DNA from: Candidatus Dojkabacteria bacterium
GTDB taxonomy: Bacteria > Patescibacteriota > Dojkabacteria > SC72
Direction: 5' to 3'
Assembly (NCBI GenBank): GCA_040765985.1
Contig: JAXGRK010000005.1
Coordinates: 1-55,499, forward strand
Length of the DNA stretch: 55,499 nt
In this document: positions 31,871 through 41,691 of the stretch, piece by piece
Numbering within the stretch: position 1 is the stretch's first letter
Layout of the letters: the number at the start of each line of letters is the position of its first letter
The notes under the pieces: model-generated
What the model was told of the DNA's origin: nothing
Databases searched by the model: none
What the model saw: the letters and a program-made list of their open reading frames with translations, nothing else
Made by a program: the position numbers and the translations under genes

Positions 31871-32466
31871 CTATCCAGACCAGCCTACATCATAAAAGAT
31901 TTTTCTGCTGCTGTTTCGTATTCAGATATTTCTGTTGTATTAAACCATAGTCCAATCTCTCTTTGGGCATTCTCTTCACTATCTGATGCATGAAGCATAG
32001 ATCAGGTTACCCTACCCTGCTCATCTGCAAGAGCAAAAGAATCTAATGAAAAATCTGCACGTATTGTACCGACATCACCATCTGCAGGACTTGTACTACC
32101 TAACATCTTTCTTACACCTGAAATAACTCCAAAGCCCTGAAGAACAATAGCTACTACTGGACCACATGTTAAATAGTTAATATTAGATTCTCTAATCCAT
32201 TTACCTCTTTCAAGTGAGTTCCAATTTGATGTGTCCTCTCCTCTTGCTTCTGCACCTTTCTTTGCTTTATCCCCTGTTTCTTTCAAATATTTTGGTTCAT
32301 CTTCGTAATGCTTACCAACTTGCTCTTTACTTGGAACAAGCATTTTCATTGCAACTAACTTAAAACCTTTTCTCTCAAACCTCGATATTATTTCCCCCAC
32401 AATCTGTCTTTGTAATACATCTGGTTTAAAAATAACCAATGTCTTCTCTTTGTTTTTCGCTAGCAT
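31871..32466 (-). CDS. ndk: Nucleoside diphosphate kinase with an in-frame TGA and a 3' indel
   Basis: EKTLVIFKPDVLQRQIVGEIISRFE, GTIRADF. Past TGA(32002-32004) the same frame reads SMLHASDSEENAQREIGLWF, which includes the catalytic His. Confidence 0.9.
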
Positions 32467-32517
32467 GTTCTACCTCTATTCAAGTTAATACGGTATTTTA
32501 CCATATTCTCAACCCAA

Positions 32518-32537
32518 GGTCAGACCCAGGTCTGACC
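32518..32537. repeat. REP-like palindrome pair GGTCAGACC-CA-GGTCTGACC
   Basis: Two odd palindromes that are reverse complements of each other; related GGGACAGA copies at 32656-32663 and 32667-32674. Confidence 0.55.
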
Positions 32538-32698
32538 CCCGAATTTGTACAAATCACGAGCTTTCTCAAACATTCGTGGGCTGTTTTCGGTTGGGACAAG
32601 CAGAAAAAAACAGGTTGTAAAATGCGAATATGGTTTGGAATATCAACTTTTGTTGGGGACAGAGGTGGGACAGACCTTCTGTGTGGGGTATAAGTGGA

Positions 32699-33925
32699 AT
32701 GGGAAAAATATATGACACGATAATAATAGGCGGTGGAGCTGCAGGGTTAATCTGCGCTGTTGAGTGTAAACGGTTGAATCAAGATATCCTCGTTATCGAA
32801 CGAAATCCTCGACCGGGGAAGAAAATTGCAATAACAGGAAAAGGGAGATGTAATGTAACAACCCTAAATCATGAGTTAAAAGATTTAATATCCAAATACC
32901 AAAGAAATGGGAAGTTTCTATACGGTGCTTTTTCTAGATTCACTGTTAAGGATACAATGAGATATTTTGAAAATACTCTGAAAATACCTCTTAAGGTTGA
33001 AAGAGGAAATAGAGTATTTCCCAAAAGTAACAACGCTGTAGATATAATATATGCACTACAGAAAGAAATCATTGACGATATATTGCCCAATACCTCTGTT
33101 TTAAGTTTTAAAATGGATGGCAATAGGATTGTATCGGCAATTACATACAAAGGTGAGTTTAAAGCTAAAAGATATATATTAGCTACTGGAGGAAAATCAT
33201 ATCCAATTACTGGCTCTAATGGAGATGGATATATATTGGCACAATCAGTTGGTCATACAATCATTGAACCAAAACCTGCACTTGTTCCCGTAATATGTAA
33301 AGAAAGATGGTTAAAAGAATTAGAAGGTCTCTCACTTCTTAATGTTAAAATTACTGCATATCAAGAAGGTAAACAGATAGTAAATAGGTTTGGTGAAGCG
33401 CTCTTCACACATCACGGTATGACTGGCCCAATAGTAATCGATATGTCTAGATATATAGGAGATGCACTAGAGAAAGGTGATGTACAACTTAGTATTGATT
33501 TTAAACCTGCATTAACAAAAGATGTACTCGATAAAAGGGTCATTTTAGATTTCCATATTTACAGAAACAAAGTATTTAAGAACTCTCTTAAGAAATTACT
33601 CCCCTCCTCTCTAATTCCAGTGGTTGTAGAATTGAGTGGTATTGACCCTGAGAAGAAAGTCGCAGAGATATCTAAAAATGAAAGAGAGAAATTAGTAAAC
33701 CTGCTAAAAGATTTTAGACTAACCGTATTAAAATTAGACTCATGGGAGAAAGCCATAGTAACAGCTGGGGGAGTAAATATTAAAGAAATAGATTCTACTA
33801 CCATGAAATCTAAGATTGTTGAGAATCTCTACTTTGCTGGAGAGATGATTGATGTTTACGGTCCAACAGGTGGATATAACCTACAGATATGCTGGAGTAC
33901 AGGTATTCTAGCTGCAAGGTCATAA
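32699..33925 (+). CDS. NAD(P)/FAD-dependent oxidoreductase, HI0933/YhiN family
   Basis: IIIGGGAAG, GKKIAITGKGRCNVT, ATGGKSYPITGSNGDG, FTHHGMTGP, VTAGGV, GGYNLQ; ATG at 32699 preferred. Confidence 0.93.
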   Translation: MGKIYDTIIIGGGAAGLICAVECKRLNQDILVIERNPRPGKKIAITGKGRCNVTTLNHELKDLISKYQRNGKFLYGAFSRFTVKDTMRYFENTLKIPLKVERGNRVFPKSNNAVDIIYALQKEIIDDILPNTSVLSFKMDGNRIVSAITYKGEFKAKRYILATGGKSYPITGSNGDGYILAQSVGHTIIEPKPALVPVICKERWLKELEGLSLLNVKITAYQEGKQIVNRFGEALFTHHGMTGPIVIDMSRYIGDALEKGDVQLSIDFKPALTKDVLDKRVILDFHIYRNKVFKNSLKKLLPSSLIPVVVELSGIDPEKKVAEISKNEREKLVNLLKDFRLTVLKLDSWEKAIVTAGGVNIKEIDSTTMKSKIVENLYFAGEMIDVYGPTGGYNLQICWSTGILAARS

Positions 33926-33929
33926 ATAT

Positions 33930-35524
33930 ATGAATGATTTTAAAGAAATATTCCAAAAGATAGAGGAGATAAAGGTATGGAGAGAAAATACTCTTCAAAC
34001 CATATTAAAGAAATACCCTAAAGAGGGAAAAGGGTTATACAGACATGACGAGTTGGTAAAAGAGTATAAAGATATGGTTAGAAACAATGATATTCAACCT
34101 AACAAACTAATAGAGGAAAGGATAAGGATGAAACCTACTAGAACTCACTCTGGAGTAGCTACTGTAACAGTGCTAATGAAGCCCTTCACATGCCCAGGGA
34201 AGTGTATATTCTGTCCTAATGAACCCAATATGCCAAAATCATATATATCCTCTGAGCCAGGTGCTCAAAGGGCTTTGAAAAACAATTTTGATCCGTACTT
34301 ACAAACATACAACAGAATTAAAGCGTTACAAAATATTGGGCATAACACAGATAAAATTGAATTGATAATACTGGGCGGTACATGCTCAACATATCCAGAG
34401 GAATATATCATCTGGTTTGTAAAAAGATGTTTTGAGGCAATGAATAGCTTTGGCAATATTAAATATTCTAAAGATGATGGTATTGACAATATATCTTGGG
34501 AAGATCTGTATAAAGCACAAAAGGTAAATGAAAATACCGTATGTAGAAATGTTGGGTTAGTATTAGAAACTAGACCTGATTACATTACAAAAGAGGAAGT
34601 AATTAGATTAAGAAAGTTAGGAGCTACTAAGATACAGATAGGTATACAGAGTTTAGATGATAATATTCTTAAACTAAATATGAGAGGACACGGTGTCAAA
34701 GAAAGTAAAGAAGCTTTCGAATTACTTCGGCTTGCTGGTTTTAAAATACATGTTCATTGGATGCCCAATCTCTACGGTTCTACTGTTAAAAAAGATGTTA
34801 AAGATTTTAAGAAACTTTGGGGAAAAGATTTTCAACCAGATGAATTAAAAATATATCCTACATCTGTAATAAAAAATACACTCTTAGAGAGATATTTTAA
34901 TGAGGGTAAATACACACCATATACCCATGAACAGTTACTTAAACTGTTTGTACATATTCTTCCTACTACACCTAGATACGCTAGATTAACAAGAATCGTA
35001 AGAGATATACCCTCTAATGAGATACTTGGTGGTAACAAGAGTACAAACTTTAGACAGATCGCAGAAAGAGAGATACTCAGACAAAACAAAAAGATTCAAG
35101 ATATTAGGAGTAAGAGATAAAAAGTGAAAAGATATCTTGTAATGACTTAGAGTTAGAGATAATGAAATACAAAACTTCTGTATCTAAAGAATATTTCATA
35201 TCTTACAAAACAAAAGATACAGACAGGATATGTTCTTTTTTAAGACTATCTATTCCATTAAAAGAAACATACATTGATGAATTAAAGGATTCTTCAATCA
35301 TTAGAGAGGTACATGTATATGGAAATGTTGTAAATATTGGAGATGATAGCTTGGGGGAATCTCAACACTTAGGATTAGGTAAAAAGATGATAGATATTGC
35401 ACAAGAGATATCTATTAAAGAAGGTTTGAAGAAAATTTCAGTAATATCAGCAATTGGTACAAAAGAGTATTACAAGAAAAGAGGGTTTAATAGTAATACA
35501 CTGTATATGTTAAAACCTATTTGA
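33930..35524 (+). CDS. elp3: Elp3-type radical SAM / GNAT tRNA U34 acetyltransferase; one deletion near 35110
   Basis: RTHSGV, CPGKCIFCP, LETRPD, HWMPNL, LKIYP, RDIP; second ORF has IREVHVYG, QHLGLGK, SAIGTKEYY. The repair gives IRSREIKSEK. Confidence 0.92.
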
Positions 35525-36281
35525 TAAGAATATTTTCTATAATATCATCCATAGTCCCAATAGCTCCCTTATACTCCTGACTATCAATACTAATCACTTG
35601 GTCGCCCTCATATAAATATTTTATTAAGTAATTCTCTTTCCCCAACTCTAAAGATGGCGTAGAAATATTACTATCTAAAGATGAGAAGACAGAGCCCCCA
35701 AATACATTCTCTAAATCAGTATCTTTAATAATATCTTTAGGTAATACATGTGTCACCTTATTAACAGATACTCCATTTATCACTAAAGGAGAAACCAAAG
35801 TCTCATAATTTCCAACTCCATCATACATAAATCCCCACCCACCACCTGTGACTATTGGATCTTTGATAATATATATTGAGAAAAAACCATTAGTAATTAC
35901 ACTAGCATAATTTATATCTTCATTTATAGTCCATCCCTCTGGCAAACTTAATTGGAATACTTTATCATCACCACCTGATTCACTTGGAACTAAAATCTCA
36001 GTTAACAAATCATCACTTCCCTCTTCCTGGGTTTCATTATTTATTTCCGTATCTAAATCCTCTACTGTTGTACTGACCTCCTCCTTAGCAAAATACTCTT
36101 TATATACATAGTATCCACCCATACCTAGTATTAAAACCAAAAGTATTCCTACAATTACTGGAAATACCTTACTTTTTTCTGTTTTTGGTTTCTCTCCTAA
36201 ATCCTCTGCAGATATATTTGGTGCATCTACCTGTTCAACAGAAGATATGAAATCAGATAACGGTCTTTGATTCTCAGCCAT
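35517..36281 (-). CDS. Membrane-anchored hypothetical protein
   Basis: Single TM helix, acidic linker, FQLSLPEGW-type extracellular domain. Confidence 0.7.
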   Translation of the reverse strand: MAENQRPLSDFISSVEQVDAPNISAEDLGEKPKTEKSKVFPVIVGILLVLILGMGGYYVYKEYFAKEEVSTTVEDLDTEINNETQEEGSDDLLTEILVPSESGGDDKVFQLSLPEGWTINEDINYASVITNGFFSIYIIKDPIVTGGGWGFMYDGVGNYETLVSPLVINGVSVNKVTHVLPKDIIKDTDLENVFGGSVFSSLDSNISTPSLELGKENYLIKYLYEGDQVISIDSQEYKGAIGTMDDIIENILIK

Positions 36282-36435
36282 TATGTTTAAAATGATAATT
36301 TAACATACTTGATATATATTAGATATACATTACATCTGTCAGAAATAATTGTAAAGGATTGAGGGTTGATGTATATAAAGAAATCACATCAACTGTAATG
36401 TATAATTTTAAAATAACTTTAACAAAAAGTAATAA

Positions 36436-36807
36436 ATGGATCTTTTCAAAGGTAGTAAATTAAACATGAGCCCATTCCAACCACAAACGCTTCATCCGGA
36501 TGATTTTCATAAATTCCCACAACCAGTTCCCAGTAGTGTAATATTTGCTTCTGAATCAGAAACTAAGGCAAAAATATTTGCAACCTTCTCTGGAATTATC
36601 TCCTTTGGAACATCCTCTACTTCCAAAAAACCTGGTATAACAGTAACTCTAGAAGATGAAATAGTACCAGAAACAAAAGAATGGTACAACACACAGGAAC
36701 AAATACCCATAGAGATGAAAGAATATACCAGAGAAGATTTATACAAAGAGTTAAAGGAAAACAAAGAGATAACCTTTGAAGAAAAAGAAAGATTCCCTAT
36801 TAGTTAA
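36436..36807 (+). CDS. Hypothetical protein
   Basis: 123-aa ORF rich in Pro, Glu and Lys. Confidence 0.55.
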   Translation: MDLFKGSKLNMSPFQPQTLHPDDFHKFPQPVPSSVIFASESETKAKIFATFSGIISFGTSSTSKKPGITVTLEDEIVPETKEWYNTQEQIPIEMKEYTREDLYKELKENKEITFEEKERFPIS

Positions 36808-36891
36808 CAATATAGATCTTCAAACCAAAATTAAATATCTTAAGAATCTAAATCATCAATGACTTACATCGAACACTATAAGTTAGCGGGA

Positions 36892-36964
36892 TGGGTGTAC
36901 AGGGGCTCGAACCCTGAACCTAACGATTAAGAGTCGTTTGCTCTACCAATTGAGCTATACACCC
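36892..36964 (-). tRNA. tRNA-Lys(CTT), CCA not encoded
   Basis: Reverse complement GGGTGTATAGCTCAATTGGTAGAGC-AACGA-CTCTTAA-TCGTT-AGGTTCAGGGTTCGAGCCCCTGTACACCC-A forms a cloverleaf. Confidence 0.96.
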
Positions 36965-37017
36965 ATATATATGTATAAACAAAGAATAATACCAGTAGAA
37001 TACATATTTTTCAATAT

Positions 37018-39091
37018 TTACCCTTCTCTATCTCTGAAATAACAATATCTTTTACAATCCACTCCTGTTTCTTTTCAATCAATATCTCACTATCCCCCTC
37101 TATACTCTCCACCTTATACCCTGTGTCTAATACCTCTCAATCTATACCTACCCCCATTAACTAACATCCTATATCTACCCCTTGAATCAGTTACCCTCTT
37201 ATTCACTAATCTTTCAAACTCCATTTCTCTTAATCCAACAATGATCCCTTCTATTGGATTTTGTCTAAGTCAGTTACAATTCCGTATCTATCTCTTTTAA
37301 GAAATATCCCTCTCATCATTAAGAAGAAAGAAGATATGTAAAGTATCAATATTAGGAATGTTAACCAAAGTATGGATTTTTAGAAAACAGATATACTGCT
37401 AATGTAAAACCAACCACAAATATCAATACATGCAAAATATTTATTAAGATTTTAACCCTACCCCATACAATCTCTCTGAAAATCTTAAACCTTGAAGCTT
37501 CCTTTGGATCAAGAGGAATTGCAATATTAAGTTCTCTATCACCCCTATTCAGAAAATACTCACCATGATATACATTGATTAAAGGGTAATCCTTCTTTGC
37601 CAGAGACAATATTCGACGGGAATGAGTAATCTTGAGCCCTAACCTCTATTCTGTATTTCCCATCCTCCAACCGAGCGACAAAATATCCATTAGAATCGGT
37701 TACATCAGACCAAACAATCTTTCCACTTTCATCATATATTCTAATAATTGCCTGGGGTACGGGCTCTTTAGTTAGCGCATTATATACATATCCCAAAGGT
37801 CTTGCCCCTGCTCTAAATCCTAACCAAGAGAGAAGATTGATGATGAATTGAAGTATGAAGTAAGGGAGATTAAGAAGGGTTCCAATTGTAATAAAGAAAC
37901 CAGTAGTAATTGTAACTAAACTTGTTGTAGCTGTACTTCTCTCCAAATCTACAATCTCTAACTGACCAACTGTGTCGTCTAAACGATTTCCAATATCCTC
38001 TACCACCTTTTCAACCTGATCAATAATGGATGGTTTTGTTGGAACAATTTCTCCCTTAGTAATAGTTAACTGGATATTACACTCCCTTGTTATATTTCCT
38101 GCCGAATCTCTTGCCTCAACACAAAATTCATAACTCTCTCTCAAATATGCACCCGATACTCTCTCTAAATCTCCTAACCTTATTTTAACGACAAGGTTAT
38201 CACCCTCCATAATGTAATCAGAACTACACTGATATGTTTCATCCTTAGAATTTACACACAAAAAAGTTACCTGATCTAATTCTAGGTTATCTGTAACCTT
38301 AAATATCATCTCTACAACGTAATTAGAATCCCAATCAACGGTATCATTCTCTCCAACACTCCCAATATCTACAATCTCTATAACTGGTGGCTGGGCATCT
38401 TGTACACTAAATACACTGTTTGACCAAGCACTTTGACCACCATAGATATTCTTTGCCTTAACTCTATAGAAATACATTTTCTCATCCTCTAAATTTGTGA
38501 ATTGATTTGATGTATTTGATATCCAACCAGAATTTGCTGTAATACTTGAAAAATTTGGATCCTCACTTACCTCTACGTAGTATTGATAACCAGAGCCCAA
38601 ATTGTTCCAAAGTACTGTATTTGTAGTACCCTTTGTGATAGTAGGGCTCTGGTAAAAACGCAGGAACTGCAACAGGAACTACATATAGTGTTTTACAATT
38701 TTGAATAGTAATGTCATAGCCAAGTGTTGTATCTTTTGCACAGACAAGATATGTTCCAGGAGTTGTAGCATACACACTACCAGTTGATATACCATTAGAA
38801 TCGGTAACTGCACTCGGTTGTGTAATATGTAGATTAGGATTTACGATAACTACTGTTCTACCAGATATTCCCGTACCCGAAGGGGAAGTATTTTAATCGT
38901 CACAATACTGGGCTGATATACCTCAACTGTTACAGGAGTTAAATTAACTACGGAATATATATCTACGGTAATTTGTCCTGTGACAGTAACCATCTCTGAA
39001 TCTGCAGGATACATCTGCTGAGAGTATGCAGAGCTTACGAAGAGAAAAACAACAAACAGTATTGTACCATTATGGCAGTTTTAAACCTCAT
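37018..39091 (-). CDS. Surface protein with Ig/FN3 domains, TM segments and two carboxypeptidase-regulatory-like domains; split by multiple indels
   Basis: Rejoined frames give VTDSNGIST (Big_1-like), YFYRVKAKN (FN3), GYVYNALTKEPVPQAIIRIYD...VTDSNGYF, a TM hairpin, then GIVTDLDKNPIEG...VTDSRGRYRML to TAA37018. Confidence 0.7.
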
Positions 39092-39093
39092 TT

Positions 39094-39710
39094 TTAAATT
39101 TCTTCTATTACTTTTTTAATATATCTATCTAAAACCATGAGTAAATTCTTTCTCAATATACGGATTGCTTCCTAATCTAACAGCTTTCCTCTTTTTACTG
39201 TAACAGTTTTTACACAGAAGAGCAAAAGAATCCAAATCAATATATTCTAAGTCTTTTTTACTACCATACATCACAAGAAGAGAAATCTCCAAGATATCCC
39301 ATCTCTTTAAGAAATATTACTCTAAACCTATTTATGCTCTCAATATCAAAATTCTTTCTACATACACTCTCTAGCATATTAAAAACTTTCTCATTAGGAT
39401 CACCTTCTTGAAGTATTTTATTTAGTATATCTAAGACCCTCTTAATATCAGTAATTCTATTTTTTAGTACATCAGTATCAGCCGAGTATGTAAGTTGTGA
39501 CTCTGTAAGTAATGGTAATCCCTTCCCTTCGTAGAACGATATATCACAAATATTTAAGGTTTGCATATTACCCCTATTCTTGCTATTTATCTTTCTTAAA
39601 CTTCTTGCAAAAAGAGTAAACTTCCCTGTATGTTTACCAAATACGGTTAATATCTTATCAGCTTCTGAGTAGTTGATAGATTTTAAAACGATAACATTAT
39701 CCCTAGCCAT
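39094..39710 (-). CDS. recO: DNA repair protein RecO; 2-nt deletion near 39262
   Basis: VLKSINYSEADKILTVF...GK...ARSLRKINSK; the repair restores the CDVCG...LCKNC zinc finger. Confidence 0.9.
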
Positions 39711-40891
39711 TAATCTTTTTTCCCTTGTAATATATCTTCAACATACCTTCTAGTTTTGTATTGGAAAATCTCTACTGCAAAATTAGCCGCCTGTTTTCTA
39801 CACCCATCTGGTTGAAAATTTTTCTCATTAAATTTCTTTAATATCTTTGACAACTCTTTGTAATCATACTTGTCAAAAAATACTCCAGTTTTAGGATTAC
39901 CATCAGAAATTGTTTCAAGAACGCCCCCATCTTTATAGGCAATGACAGCGGTACCAGCAGCGTTGGCTTCAACAGGAACTATTCCAAAATCTTCTCCTTT
40001 TACTGGAAATACTAATGCTTTGGCCCTACCCAGTAATCCTGGTTTCTCTTCATCAGAGTAATATCCCAAAAATTTTACATAACCCTTTGCATTTAATGTT
40101 CTAACTAACTCTTTCATTCTATCTAAATCCCCACCAATACCTGCAATTTTAAGAGGTACTTTTGCCTCACAAGCTGCTCTAACCGCTAGTTCTACCCCTT
40201 TATATGTTTCTACTCTACCTAAGTATAGATACCAGTTCTCCTTTTTAAACTTTTTAGTCTCACTACCTATCTCTTTGACTTCAACGGGTGGATATATTAC
40301 ATCTGCATCTATATCGTAATATTTTTTAATTCTTTCTTTAACTACGTTAGATATTGCAATCATTGCATCAACCTTTCTTGCAGCGTTTCTATCCCATTTT
40401 TTCCATATATCTTCTAAGAAAGTATCCATAAAAAAGGCATAGAACTTAAAAAGAGCTCTGTTTATTCCTTTTAACTGTTGATGATCTTTTAAGCTTCTAC
40501 CTCTTTTCTCCCAAAAGAACTTAGGTGGAGACATACAGATGTTTACATGAGGTATATTACCCCTAACAAATTTTGCGAAACTAATAGATATGGATACTAT
40601 ACCGTCATACCCTTTAAATCTAAAAGATCTGTAAGCTAATGGTAGGAAAAGATTGTAAAAATGTTTTAATTGAAATTTCCATGGTAAATACTGCATAAAA
40701 GATGTTTTAATATCAATGCCTGGGAACTCCTTTTTAACGAAATCTCTATCACAGTATGCAGTAAAAAGTGTCTTCTTATCAAATGTTTTAAGCAAAAAAC
40801 CTAAATGATTTTCGGCTCCCCCCTTTTTGTACAAAGGATCAGAAACAACTGCGATGTTATACACCCCTTTCTCTTGCATCTTCTTATCCAA
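39710..40891 (-). CDS. Glycosyltransferase family 4
   Basis: GGAE, GRVETYKG, EDFGIVPVEANAAGTAVIAY..GG..ET. Confidence 0.92.
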   Translation of the reverse strand: MDKKMQEKGVYNIAVVSDPLYKKGGAENHLGFLLKTFDKKTLFTAYCDRDFVKKEFPGIDIKTSFMQYLPWKFQLKHFYNLFLPLAYRSFRFKGYDGIVSISISFAKFVRGNIPHVNICMSPPKFFWEKRGRSLKDHQQLKGINRALFKFYAFFMDTFLEDIWKKWDRNAARKVDAMIAISNVVKERIKKYYDIDADVIYPPVEVKEIGSETKKFKKENWYLYLGRVETYKGVELAVRAACEAKVPLKIAGIGGDLDRMKELVRTLNAKGYVKFLGYYSDEEKPGLLGRAKALVFPVKGEDFGIVPVEANAAGTAVIAYKDGGVLETISDGNPKTGVFFDKYDYKELSKILKKFNEKNFQPDGCRKQAANFAVEIFQYKTRRYVEDILQGKKD

Positions 40892-40920
40892 GAATATTAT
40901 ATATAAGCTAATTATATCTC

Positions 40921-41454
40921 TTATTTATCTACACAGTAAGTACTTTGAAAAACTTTAACGATATTAAAGTTCAGGAAGACCCTCATCTCAAAATCATCCA
41001 TAGAGAAATCATCATCCTCTTTATCTAACTCAGCAACAATATCGTCCAAATCAGATAGATCTTCATCATGTTGAGTTGTTTTTGTATCCGAATCTGAATC
41101 GTCTGGAAAAATTTCATCTAAAGAATCGACATCTTCAACTTCTGTATCAGTTACAAAGTGTTCATCTTCTCCTAGTACAATTACATTAGATTCCTCTTCT
41201 TGATCAACATCTATATTGCCATTCTTACTTTCAGAGCTACTTCCATTTGCTAATCTCTCTTCTACCTTTTTGATAAATTCTTCTGCATCATCCCCAAATT
41301 TCTCTACTACATCAATTACTCTCATTGGTTTACCACAATCAGGACAGAATTGGATATGCTCTATTTCTTCACCACAGTTTTCGCATGAGAAGAATACTAC
41401 ATGTACACTATTTCTCTGAGGAACTATTTTTTTGGTCTCTTGTTTTTTGGTCAT
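40921..41454 (-). CDS. Zinc-ribbon protein with a highly acidic C-terminal half
   Basis: CENCG...CPDCG followed by a D/E-rich region. Confidence 0.65.
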   Translation of the reverse strand: MTKKQETKKIVPQRNSVHVVFFSCENCGEEIEHIQFCPDCGKPMRVIDVVEKFGDDAEEFIKKVEERLANGSSSESKNGNIDVDQEEESNVIVLGEDEHFVTDTEVEDVDSLDEIFPDDSDSDTKTTQHDEDLSDLDDIVAELDKEDDDFSMDDFEMRVFLNFNIVKVFQSTYCVDK

Positions 41455-41691
41455 GGTAATTGTTAATTACAGTATTCTAGAATATTACAATTTAGCAACA
41501 TAGGTCAATGAACCTATAATATATCCTATATTAAGATGGGAGAAATACCATTTGTACATAAAGATATACTCTTGATTAGTATATGATATATTTAGGTATG
41601 ATAAAGAAAGTAATAAGATTTCTAAACTCTTTAATTCATAAAGAGGAAAAGCCAGAAAAAGAGAGTGGGAGTAAGGGCGGTTCTTGGTAAA

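Noticed and set aside
31990-32010. Selenocysteine at the ndk TGA
   Set aside because: The aligned position is not a Cys in NDKs, and I saw no SECIS-like hairpin just downstream.
32630-32698. N-terminal extension of the HI0933 protein from the upstream start at 32630
   Set aside because: The Rossmann motif begins right after ATG32699, and the extension overlaps the palindromic spacer.
29388-35524. Programmed ribosomal frameshifting or phase variation as the cause of split genes
   Set aside because: Too many unrelated housekeeping genes are affected, runs are short, and there are no consistent slippery-site/stimulator motifs. Assembly error is more parsimonious.
41640-41690. Purine-rich tract after secA as an ncRNA
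   Set aside because: No stable pairing or known motif found; treated as low-complexity intergenic sequence.
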